A stretch of 64,000 bases of DNA, taken from contig OY764265.1 of the NCBI GenBank assembly GCA_963668355.1, positions 384,001 through 448,000 on the forward strand, given 5' to 3'. The translations under genes were made by a program, and so were the position numbers. Below the pieces are notes generated by a model. The model saw only the letters and a list, made by a program, of their open reading frames with translations, had not been told where the DNA came from and made no database searches. How positions within the stretch are numbered: the first letter of the stretch is position 1; every line of letters begins with the position of its first letter. The stretch is from Bdellovibrionota bacterium. Lineage in GTDB: Bacteria > Bdellovibrionota_G > JALEGL01 > DATDPG01. Positions 37,856-47,053 of the stretch are shown here, piece by piece.

Positions 37856-39616
37856 ATGATTCGCACATGGATTCTGACTTCTCTTCTGTTGCTTTTGTTA
37901 TGTCCCGTTGGTTTTGGGGCGAACGACAATACTGAAACAAAACGTCGCGAGATGGTCCGAAAAGAACTGGCTCAAGGATCTTCGGCAATCATTCGAACGG
38001 ACTTTCGATCCAAAGAATACACCCAGACGGATCGAGACTTCGCAAAACGGATCATTGGCCAAATTGCCCCCTTAATCTCGGAGCTATATCAAATTCAAAA
38101 GGGAGCACTGAAATATAGAGCGGATATCTTCCAACGGGGAACCCAAGATGACATTCAACTATATCAACGAAATCAAGGCCCCTGGTGCCAAGCAACCCTC
38201 ACGCAAGACTCCCCTTTCTGCAACGCACACCCCAATTTTCCAAAACCCAAGTCCGACGCCTACCCACCCGATATAAAACAAGATGCCGCGATGTGTGAGA
38301 TGTTTCACGCCCAACCCAATGGTGACGCCTTGATGGACCCGTTTGTTGTGGTGCGAAGAGAAAAAAAAGGATTTGTCCCCGTACCCCTAAACCAAGTGTA
38401 CGCAGCACGAATGAAAAGCGTAGCTCAACATTTACGAAAGGCTGCCAAAATTTATCCAGAAAACGAAGAGAGAGCCCTTCGAGCTTACTTGCTTGCAGCG
38501 GCTCAGGCTTTCGAAGACAACGATTGGGAAAAGGCTGATGAAGCTTGGTCCGCCATGAATGAAACCAATAGCCGTTGGTATTTGCGCGTCGGACCCGACG
38601 AGACGTATTTTGACCCTTGTCAGGAAAAGGCTGGCTTTGCACTCACCTTCGCCAAGGTCAGTAGCGGTTCTGCAAAATTAAAAAAGGTCCTCTTTGACCA
38701 TCGGCAAAAGCTCGAAACACAAATGGCTTCGCTCATTGGAACCCATTACAAACCTCGAACCATCGGAATGAAAACACCGGAATTTGTCGAAATGATTTAT
38801 AACGCAGGAGATTCCAGGCATGCACTGGGAGCCGTTGTGGGGCAAACCCTTCCCAACTGGGGGGAAATCGCCCAAAAAGGAAGACGAAACTGGAACGCAA
38901 CCAATTTTTACACCGATCCAACCTCTGTAGAAAATCGAAAGAAACGAGCCAAGCTGTTCTTTGTCCCTCGACTCTTAAAAATATTGGAAGATTCCCAGGA
39001 GGCTTCTCTTCGGGCCACGGTCATTCACGAAGTCACACACAATATCGGACCGGATTCTTCCTTCGAGGTAAACGACCAAACAGCCAAGGAACGCTTCGGC
39101 CGCCTATCTTCCGTCTTGGAGGAACTCAAAGCTCAAACGGGAGCGTCTTGGTATTTGCCTTACTTGAAAGAACAAGGCGTTTTTTCGGAAAAAGACATAT
39201 TGGGCTTATACCTTTCCAATATTTTTTGGTGCTTCAACCAAATTTCATACTCAGGCCTCTTTTCATCCTCAGGTACCCCTCGCGCTTACGGACAACTTGC
39301 AGCGATCCAAGTGGCCATGTTGATGGAAGATGGTGCGCTCAAGAAAGTGAACACCCCCGAAGGATGGCGTTTTGACGTGGTCGAGGCCAAACTTCCAAAA
39401 AGCTTCGAGCGAATCATGAAACGTGTGGGGCAAATCAAAGTCACTCCAGGAACAGCTCAACAAGCGCTTAAGGCGGCAAAAGACTTCATTGGCTATTATG
39501 TGGGATTGGCTCCTGGAAAACCGGGAAAAGGATGTGACCAAAAGCTCATTGACGAAATTGCAGAACGCTATCGAAGCATTCCAAAAGAAAGTTTTGAATA
39601 CGAGACACGCTTTTAA
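37856..39616 (+). CDS. Exported zinc peptidase, M49 / dipeptidyl-peptidase III-like
   Basis: Signal peptide; YLLAAAQAF..NDW..ADEAW, VGPDETY.DP, GQTLPN, HEVTHNIGP and LEELKA. Confidence 0.75.
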   Translation: MIRTWILTSLLLLLLCPVGFGANDNTETKRREMVRKELAQGSSAIIRTDFRSKEYTQTDRDFAKRIIGQIAPLISELYQIQKGALKYRADIFQRGTQDDIQLYQRNQGPWCQATLTQDSPFCNAHPNFPKPKSDAYPPDIKQDAAMCEMFHAQPNGDALMDPFVVVRREKKGFVPVPLNQVYAARMKSVAQHLRKAAKIYPENEERALRAYLLAAAQAFEDNDWEKADEAWSAMNETNSRWYLRVGPDETYFDPCQEKAGFALTFAKVSSGSAKLKKVLFDHRQKLETQMASLIGTHYKPRTIGMKTPEFVEMIYNAGDSRHALGAVVGQTLPNWGEIAQKGRRNWNATNFYTDPTSVENRKKRAKLFFVPRLLKILEDSQEASLRATVIHEVTHNIGPDSSFEVNDQTAKERFGRLSSVLEELKAQTGASWYLPYLKEQGVFSEKDILGLYLSNIFWCFNQISYSGLFSSSGTPRAYGQLAAIQVAMLMEDGALKKVNTPEGWRFDVVEAKLPKSFERIMKRVGQIKVTPGTAQQALKAAKDFIGYYVGLAPGKPGKGCDQKLIDEIAERYRSIPKESFEYETRF

Positions 39617-39622
39617 AAAAAC

Positions 39623-39655
39623 GTTTAGGTGCCAGGCAATGCCTGGCACCTAAAC
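39623..39655. repeat. Perfect 16-bp inverted repeat (REP-like palindrome or terminator)
   Basis: GTTTAGGTGCCAGGCA-a-TGCCTGGCACCTAAAC. Confidence 0.8.
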
Positions 39656-39822
39656 AAAGGGTTATTGTTCTGCGCAGAGCAATGCTTTAGCTCCGCGATT
39701 ACCCAAAATTGTGTTGGGACATCCAAGACTCAGAAAGGTGAGAACTCCCCTCCCACTTGTCCTTTTGGGCAAACATTTTCAACCTAACCTGCTGTAATCA
39801 AATAGGTTTTTTTAACTCCCCC

Positions 39823-39838
39823 TGGTACGTCGGTTGCA
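39823..39838 (+). promoter_or_regulatory. Sigma-54 (-24/-12) promoter
   Basis: TGGTAC-GTCGG-TTGCA (GG-N10-GC), one mismatch to TGGCAC-N5-TTGC; AT-rich tract upstream; 65 nt before a GTG start with GAGGAG RBS. Confidence 0.7.
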
Positions 39839-39902
39839 TTCCGCTTTGACAGATGACCATGGGATTCTTTTGTTTAAAAGAAGGAATTGAGGAGACGTCC
39901 GG

Positions 39903-42900
39903 GTGCTGTTTCGTTTAAACCGATTCATCCCGACGGCCTGGATCGTTGTGGGGATGATCTTGTTTTCTCCGCTATCATCTGGATACGCCTGGCCTTCTAT
40001 CCATCAAAATGGAAATCCCTCGTTTGAATCTCTGGATGCCTTTTTCGCCGCCTACCTCATTGAACAAGGCCATTGGGAAGACTTCTTTTTTCAAGCCGAA
40101 CGCTCCATTCAAGAAAAAGAAGCGGGAAAGGCCCTGGTTCGAATTTCCACACGACTGTATCGCGAAGGAAATGAGAACCTTCTTTCGGAATTGATTGGGG
40201 AAAGGATACACCTTGCGAGCATCGAACAAGCCCACTCCAAAGAGATGGGGAACCTTCTCCGAGAAAGATTGGAGTCTTGGTTACAGGATCATCCTCCCAA
40301 AGAATTGTCCGAGACCATTTTTCAAGACCTTGAACACAAACGAGACTTCCAATCCGAGGCGCGCCATGCTCCCTTTGTGAAAGGACTGTTGAAAGGAGAA
40401 AAATACCGCTCCATTCGACATGCAAATCATCGAGCCTTCCTACCGACCGCTGTGGAGATGATCATTTCAGATGCCTTCTTGGTGGTCCGGGCTTCCATTG
40501 AAGGAGGAAATGGCTTTTCATATATTCCCCCCAAAAGCGCCGAGAACAACCCTGCCTTTTCAATTCCGAAAATGGGAAGCAAATCGACCCTCCGGGATAT
40601 CACCGGAGAAAGCACAGAGGATGGGCCTGGAAAGAATGGAATGGAGGGGCATCTATTTGCAAAACCGGGAGGAGACAAACTTGAGCCGTGGAAGGATCTG
40701 TTGATTTATCACGAGGATGAACATCTCGAACGAACCCAACTCGCCCAAATGTTTAAAAAACAATTTGTTAAACGAACTGTCGGATCCCTCCCCGAGAATG
40801 AACACAGCATCCAGCTCGCGCAGGTAGTTTTAGAAACGTTTTCTTCCCATGTCCCCCGAGAGTTAATTCAGGCGGTCGCGGAGCGACTCGTCCACCAACA
40901 CCGATTCCAAAGTCACGCCGACCCCGTTCGACAATACGTGCAACATGTGTGGGCTCGTCTAAATCTCCCAGAAGAAACGCCCCAACCGTCTGAAAAACGC
41001 CAAAGCATTCTTCAATGCACGCACAAAATCGTAGACCAGATCGCCCACTCGTTAGAAAACGCCCTGGACCCTGAGGGGAAACATACGTTTCCTAAACGCG
41101 ACGTACGAGTTTCATTGGAAGGATTGACAGGAGAATTCTCCGCCTACTCCCCCGCCGTTCCAGTGAACCTAAAAAGGCCTGAACGCAGAGTGAATCCGGG
41201 GAGAATCATCAAAAACTTGGAGCGAGAAATTCCCAAAGCTCTTTTGGAAAGCAAGAGCTGGGGGGACATCGCCACGAGCTACGATCAATACGCTGAATCC
41301 TTAAGTTTTGAGATTCGACGGATCGTGGGATACGCCATGTTTTTCCGTTTGATCCAACACGGATGGTTACGTCTTCCGGTCTCAGAAAAGGGAACCTTTG
41401 AAATGGGAATGGTCCAATCAGGGCCCGCGTTGCTTTCCCGAGCCATGAGTCGCCTCGTTCCTTTGCTAAATGCTTCTGGTGTCGATGTCCCTCCCATCCA
41501 GCTCTGGGAGTTCGAAAGAAATAATCATATGCAAAAATTGGGGAAGGCAGCGCGAGAACAATTGGAAATCCCTTTCGACACAACCACTCGGACCCTCGAC
41601 TTGGCATCCCAAAAAATCCCCAAGCACAATGCCCCTGAACTGGCTTTCCTCGATCTAAGCTTTCTTCCCTATCTTCCCAGCAAGGGAGCCAAAGGAATCA
41701 ATGGCCGTCTTTTGGCGCTATATCAAGCAAGTGAAGTAATCCAACCCGAAGGCTTTCTTTTTCTCAGCGTAGATCGTGGAAGCATTGACGAAGGCTATTT
41801 CGAAGCGTTCGAAAAACTTGGTTTTGCCTTGGAAGCCCGTCGTCCCTCGATGAACCCGATCGATGATGTCATCATCCAACTCGCTCCGGATCCTTCCCTC
41901 GCCTCTCATATAAAAGACAAACTGGAATCATCGGAATGGATTCTTTTAAGACGAACGGAACAACCCGCCTTGTCTTTGGCTGAGGTTAAACGCCTCCAAA
42001 TGGGTGACCTACGACCCGCGAACCACGATGTCCGAGAGGATCGCGTTCTAAATTCCGTTCAGCTCACAAAGCGCGTGGACTTTGGTCGGGTAGCGCTATC
42101 GAACTATGGTGCTGCAGAGAGTGAATCCGGTTTAGTCAATCTCTTTGCCTTAGCCAACGCCCAAATTACGGAAGGCCCTGAAAAATCTCTCCGCAAAACC
42201 ATTGCAAATGAGATGGTCCATCGCTGGAGATCCATCTTAAGCGGAAACGAGAATGTCGCTCGTCTTCATGAGACACTGGTCTCCAAGTTCGCTTCACATG
42301 CCCTCCCTCCAAAAGCGTCTCTCGAACACATGGTTGCGGACCAAATGGAGAAAACACTCACGCTTATCCTACAGGCTCTAGACCAACAAGAAGGATTGGT
42401 AAGAAACGGAAATCTAGAGGCGGAAACACTCAACGAACGAAAAAGCTCCATCCTCGAAGAAGTTTCTTCTTTACGTCATGTGGACATTGCACAAACTCAA
42501 AGAAGGCGAAGTGAACTCGACGAATTGAATGCATCTCTAAAGGAAACGCTCTCTGAATATGTAAAGGCCGGAAAATGGACTCAGATGATGACGAGCACAA
42601 ACAAGGCACTGGCCAAAGTCGAAAAAGAATCATGGATCATGGGATTGGCGGAACCCATATTCCGCCCTCATGCCAAGGCTCTGGCCGAATTCGGAATTTA
42701 CCATGCGCGAGAACGAGATTTCGGGAGAGGATTAAACACCGCTTTACTCAGAGAACTTGAAGATCTCTCGACCGATGCTTTTTTCCGACATCTGTCTGAA
42801 TTTGGTGTGGACGTTATCCAGATCTTCAACACTGCGAGTAGAGGTCGAATCAAAAGAAAAATGATCACTCCCGGAATGCGGACACAAATGAAAAAGGACA

Positions 42901-45311
42901 TCTTGAATCAAATTCGAAAATCGTTTCGAGATGACATTTATCCAATCGAACAATCGGAAACTTGGATTCCCTCCGAACGGGCAGACCCTCAATATCTTGC
43001 CGAACATGAAGGAAGTGAATTCGCCAAACCCAGATCCCAGGAAGAAGTTCAGGAAGAACTTCTTCAGCTGAAAGCTTCTGAGCATCCCGAAGAACGTGCT
43101 CGCATCGAAAAACTGGAATCCCTCAACCGTGACATGTCTCAATGGATTCAAGAATTCGCTCAAGAAGGTCGATGGGCCCAAATGGTGACACCTCAAAAAA
43201 ACCCAAGCAAAGAACTCAAAGACGCAAGACGATTAGAAGTCATGGCCAAGCCGGTCTTTGAAGCCTTCGCTCCGCGTCTGGCAGAATTTGGGATCACAGA
43301 ACCCACCGATGCCGAGTTTACCCGAGGTTTAAATTCCGCCATTGAAGCAGAACTCACTCGATTGGACGGTCGCACCTTCTACACACACATGCAGGCCGCT
43401 GGCATCCAAGTTCTAAAGCCATTGGAACAAAAAACGATTGACCAGGTTCCGGACATCATTCTCGAAGACATGAAAAGTCGTTTATTGCTCAATCATCGAA
43501 TCTTCCTCCAAGATATGATCCGCCCGGAAGGAGACCACACACCATGGATTCCTTTGGAGCGAGCGAAAATCCAAACCTCGCACAAAGGAAGTGGCTCTCC
43601 AGGAAACCCAGGCCCAACGATCGAACGACATCGCCATCAACTGCCTCGTTTGGGCGAGTCGCTGATGGCAGGAAACGCATCCCATCCGTACGCTCGGAGC
43701 AAAAATCATCGACTTAGACCCTCTCTTCCCCTTTCGCCGTCCGAAAACCCAACAATCCGAGCACCTCGAGCCAAAGCGCCAGTGCTTCCAGAGCTCCCAC
43801 CCAACTCCGAGTTTCCAAACACCAAGCCGAATCCAAAAAGGGAGTATGCAAAAAGTTATTCCGGGTACCTGGCAGGAAGAATCGGCTCTGAATTATTTTG
43901 GTCGTACGTCGATCACGATTTTTCGGACATGGAGCATGTGCTTCGGGAAAGCCTAAGCCCCATGGATTTCCTCTCCTACAATATCTTTGCCGGTGTACAA
44001 ACGGGCTTTTCCATGGGTGTTCAAATGCATGTACCGGAAAAATACATGCTAGGTCGCTACTTTCTCCAACACGGTGCGGGTATGGCGGCGGCAATGTGGG
44101 TCAGCGGTTTGGCCACACAAATCCTTAAAACCGGCAATATCAAAGGCTCTCTTGCGCAATACCTATCGGAAGAAGCCCTTCGAAACACTGGAATCACTGC
44201 CGGAAGTTTTATGGTGGCCAGACTTCCCTTAAGCGGGGCCAAAGCCTGGTGGCAGCTGCGCCAAGCCAACCGAGGAAAACAAGTTTTGCGCGGTTTAAAC
44301 CAAGTCAACTACATTCGTCGCGGACTTGGATTGACGGGAGGTGTTGTGGGATTTTTGGCGGGGGAGGTTCTCGTGTTCACACTGGCCAAAGGATTGGAAC
44401 GAGTCATCATTCCCGCCGTTGATGCGCGCCTGGCAAAAAATCAACTCACCGTCGCTTTGAATCGCCTGAATTCCGAACTCTCTTCTCAACATTATGAAAG
44501 CCATATGAGTGAGGTCCTCCATGCGTTTTTTCATGCCTTAGAAACTTACGAGCAAAGAGTCATCCTTCGATCCTTCGTTCAGGAACACGCAGAATACATG
44601 GATCAACATATGCATTTGTCCGAACACTCCATCCTCGCGCTTGAAATGGCTAAAGATCCATTACTATTTGAGGCCGTTCAATCCGCCTTTCAAAATCTGG
44701 GAACCATTGCCGAGATGGGAAAAGAATCCTATGACCGCATGGGTGGGGCCCTCGAACTTTTTCGAAAAGCCCAATGGGACTGGCAAGAGCACATTCAGCA
44801 GGGATCTTTACCCAGTTACTTGCAACAATGTCGAATCGATGGCCTAAGCTCTCCTGGATCCAAAGAAACGTTTTCTCAAACGCCTCGACCCATCGACACA
44901 CAAAACCCATCCGAACCACTTTTCCAGGATTTTATCTCTTGCTACACGCAACGAAGTCTAGAAGCTTTCGACCTTCATCAACGCAATCGATGGAAAGAAA
45001 AATTTACTGAAAATATGGGATACGAAGAGGCTTCTTTCTGGCGATCCAACTACAAATATGAAGCTGCGATGGAAAACCAAAAAATTCCTTTTCCAAAAAC
45101 CGCGTATGAAGTTCGGCTGTTTAAAAAACTCATTCTCGAAAACGCGTTAAAGGTCATTCAAACGCGTCAAAACAACAACCAGGGCACACTCTTCGACGCC
45201 CAAACGGAAGAAACTTTAAAACAAGCGATTGAATTATCTGTCTTTGAAAAACAACAGCAAGAAAGGTTCTTGGAAACATACCTCGGAAGCGAAGGCCCTA
45301 TCAGATTCTAA
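39903..45311 (+). CDS. Very large hypothetical exported multidomain protein (1802 aa)
   Basis: Uninterrupted 5.4 kb ORF with RBS and signal peptide (..SSGYA); internal duplication, Pro-rich linker and hydrophobic Gly/Ala-rich C-terminal segments. Confidence 0.85.
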   Translation: MLFRLNRFIPTAWIVVGMILFSPLSSGYAWPSIHQNGNPSFESLDAFFAAYLIEQGHWEDFFFQAERSIQEKEAGKALVRISTRLYREGNENLLSELIGERIHLASIEQAHSKEMGNLLRERLESWLQDHPPKELSETIFQDLEHKRDFQSEARHAPFVKGLLKGEKYRSIRHANHRAFLPTAVEMIISDAFLVVRASIEGGNGFSYIPPKSAENNPAFSIPKMGSKSTLRDITGESTEDGPGKNGMEGHLFAKPGGDKLEPWKDLLIYHEDEHLERTQLAQMFKKQFVKRTVGSLPENEHSIQLAQVVLETFSSHVPRELIQAVAERLVHQHRFQSHADPVRQYVQHVWARLNLPEETPQPSEKRQSILQCTHKIVDQIAHSLENALDPEGKHTFPKRDVRVSLEGLTGEFSAYSPAVPVNLKRPERRVNPGRIIKNLEREIPKALLESKSWGDIATSYDQYAESLSFEIRRIVGYAMFFRLIQHGWLRLPVSEKGTFEMGMVQSGPALLSRAMSRLVPLLNASGVDVPPIQLWEFERNNHMQKLGKAAREQLEIPFDTTTRTLDLASQKIPKHNAPELAFLDLSFLPYLPSKGAKGINGRLLALYQASEVIQPEGFLFLSVDRGSIDEGYFEAFEKLGFALEARRPSMNPIDDVIIQLAPDPSLASHIKDKLESSEWILLRRTEQPALSLAEVKRLQMGDLRPANHDVREDRVLNSVQLTKRVDFGRVALSNYGAAESESGLVNLFALANAQITEGPEKSLRKTIANEMVHRWRSILSGNENVARLHETLVSKFASHALPPKASLEHMVADQMEKTLTLILQALDQQEGLVRNGNLEAETLNERKSSILEEVSSLRHVDIAQTQRRRSELDELNASLKETLSEYVKAGKWTQMMTSTNKALAKVEKESWIMGLAEPIFRPHAKALAEFGIYHARERDFGRGLNTALLRELEDLSTDAFFRHLSEFGVDVIQIFNTASRGRIKRKMITPGMRTQMKKDILNQIRKSFRDDIYPIEQSETWIPSERADPQYLAEHEGSEFAKPRSQEEVQEELLQLKASEHPEERARIEKLESLNRDMSQWIQEFAQEGRWAQMVTPQKNPSKELKDARRLEVMAKPVFEAFAPRLAEFGITEPTDAEFTRGLNSAIEAELTRLDGRTFYTHMQAAGIQVLKPLEQKTIDQVPDIILEDMKSRLLLNHRIFLQDMIRPEGDHTPWIPLERAKIQTSHKGSGSPGNPGPTIERHRHQLPRLGESLMAGNASHPYARSKNHRLRPSLPLSPSENPTIRAPRAKAPVLPELPPNSEFPNTKPNPKREYAKSYSGYLAGRIGSELFWSYVDHDFSDMEHVLRESLSPMDFLSYNIFAGVQTGFSMGVQMHVPEKYMLGRYFLQHGAGMAAAMWVSGLATQILKTGNIKGSLAQYLSEEALRNTGITAGSFMVARLPLSGAKAWWQLRQANRGKQVLRGLNQVNYIRRGLGLTGGVVGFLAGEVLVFTLAKGLERVIIPAVDARLAKNQLTVALNRLNSELSSQHYESHMSEVLHAFFHALETYEQRVILRSFVQEHAEYMDQHMHLSEHSILALEMAKDPLLFEAVQSAFQNLGTIAEMGKESYDRMGGALELFRKAQWDWQEHIQQGSLPSYLQQCRIDGLSSPGSKETFSQTPRPIDTQNPSEPLFQDFISCYTQRSLEAFDLHQRNRWKEKFTENMGYEEASFWRSNYKYEAAMENQKIPFPKTAYEVRLFKKLILENALKVIQTRQNNNQGTLFDAQTEETLKQAIELSVFEKQQQERFLETYLGSEGPIRF

Positions 45312-45312
45312 C

Positions 45313-46455
45313 CTATCCCGCCACAGGGGGAAGGTTCACTTTGTCAGTCTGCTGTAGTTCTTCTCGAAATTCTTCCAAAGAGGGCGTGACCACTTTGTCT
45401 ATATACTTCCCGCCCATCAAACGGGCCAAAGCTCCATACGAAGGACGGAATGTAATCGTGTCACCCACCGAAAGGTTGGCGGGATTATCTCCCACATTGA
45501 CAACGGTTAAGTCGCTACTCGCTCCCACCAACTTATAATTTGGATTCAACGGCTTCAATCGGCTGACATCCGTATCCAACTGCCCAACCGTGACCACAGC
45601 CCGATATCCTCGTTCCCCTGGAGCGTATTCGGCCGAACCAAACTCTTCAAAAGGCATCATGTCGGGCACTGAATCCCCTTGAGGATGCAAACTCTTCTCC
45701 CGCATTTCAACGATCTCCACATCTAAGGTCATCGCGTCATCCCGTAACCCGGCGAGCGAATCTCCATTGACCAAGTCGGTTCCCAAAAAGGCGGATTCAC
45801 CAATCCGGAAATGATTGACCGTTTTCGGCAAGAGACCATCTCGAAGCAAGGGAAGCGAGGCGCTCGTGCCTCCCGAAATCATGGAAAGCTTACGTCCAAA
45901 TTTCAATTCGAGAAGTTCATGGTAGAGGGAAAGCTGACTGAATTGATCTATGCTGGGAACCGCGCCGGTTAAGCATCCCAAATTGCTTCCAACACCCAGG
46001 ACTTCAATATGTGGCAGTTCAAAAATGTTTTCGTAAAACGGCACCAACGACCCAGGCAAAACCCCCTCCCGCAAATCACCCAGCTCAATCATGATGATCA
46101 CGCGATGCAGTTTGTTTTGCCGTTCGGCTTCTTTGCTAAGCGCCCGTATGGTTTCCTCTTCACTATTCAAACTAACGTCCGTTAAGCGAACAATCTCCCG
46201 AATCGCCGGAAGATGCGGCAAACGCAGATACCAAGTTTCGCTGTCCCCAGGCAACGCATCAATGGCTTCCAAATTCCCCAAACGAGAATCCGCCATAGAA
46301 GAAATCCCCATCGCTCGAAGAGCCGCTAAGGTGTCCTCGTGTCCACAGAGAACTTTTGTCACGAGTGTCCAAGAAGCTCCGTGCGCATCGACCCACTTAT
46401 CGATGGTTCGAATATTGTGCAGTAAAGCTTGCAGATTGAGCGTGAGAACGTTCAC
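45313..46455 (-). CDS. Alanine/ornithine racemase family PLP enzyme (Orr/YhfX-like)
   Basis: LVTKVLCG (PLP Lys), ADSRL.NL, MIELGDLREG, SGGTS, RIGE and GASSD; GTG 46455 overlaps the GNAT stop. Confidence 0.85.
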   Translation of the reverse strand: MNVLTLNLQALLHNIRTIDKWVDAHGASWTLVTKVLCGHEDTLAALRAMGISSMADSRLGNLEAIDALPGDSETWYLRLPHLPAIREIVRLTDVSLNSEEETIRALSKEAERQNKLHRVIIMIELGDLREGVLPGSLVPFYENIFELPHIEVLGVGSNLGCLTGAVPSIDQFSQLSLYHELLELKFGRKLSMISGGTSASLPLLRDGLLPKTVNHFRIGESAFLGTDLVNGDSLAGLRDDAMTLDVEIVEMREKSLHPQGDSVPDMMPFEEFGSAEYAPGERGYRAVVTVGQLDTDVSRLKPLNPNYKLVGASSDLTVVNVGDNPANLSVGDTITFRPSYGALARLMGGKYIDKVVTPSLEEFREELQQTDKVNLPPVAG

Positions 46456-46919
46456 GCTTGATCTCCCTCCGGTACCCAACGCATTTCGGCATACTTGCTT
46501 TGAAAACCGAGACGTTCGTAAAGACGTTTGGCGGGATTATCGTATTCCACATGAAGTTTCACGGCTCCCTTGCATTCACGCAAAGAGTGCTCAATCAATT
46601 TTCCCCCAATGCCTTGGCCCCGCAAGTCTGGATTCACGGCCACAAACAACAGAACATTTTCGGGGATATACCCGCCCATTCCCGTTTGAAGCATGCAAAG
46701 GGCTCCAACCAAATTGTCTTTCTCCTGAGCCAGCATCAAAAAACCGCCCTGGCCCCTCCCAGAAACCAAAGCATAGTCCAGAGCCTTCTCGATATCCGGA
46801 ATCTGGTCATGATACGGTTGCATCACCTCGTGAAAGAAATGGACCAGGCGATCCCGGGAGGCCCAAGACGGAAATTCGTTTTCAGAAGTTATTTTTTGGA
46901 ATTGCAGAGAAGAAGTCAT
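46452..46919 (-). CDS. GNAT family N-acetyltransferase
   Basis: VAVNPDLRGQGIG acetyl-CoA motif and LHVEYDNPAKRLYERLGF; start set to ATG 46919. Confidence 0.9.
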   Translation of the reverse strand: MTSSLQFQKITSENEFPSWASRDRLVHFFHEVMQPYHDQIPDIEKALDYALVSGRGQGGFLMLAQEKDNLVGALCMLQTGMGGYIPENVLLFVAVNPDLRGQGIGGKLIEHSLRECKGAVKLHVEYDNPAKRLYERLGFQSKYAEMRWVPEGDQA

Positions 46920-47053
46920 AAGTATCCATCCATCGAAACGCGGCGCACTATAACACTCGAAGATTCGAACGCAAGGCACGATCCCGAGCTCTCGCGCATC
47001 AAAAGGGCATTTATTCAATCAATCTGGCCTCTTGCGCTTGCATCTTTGCCCAG

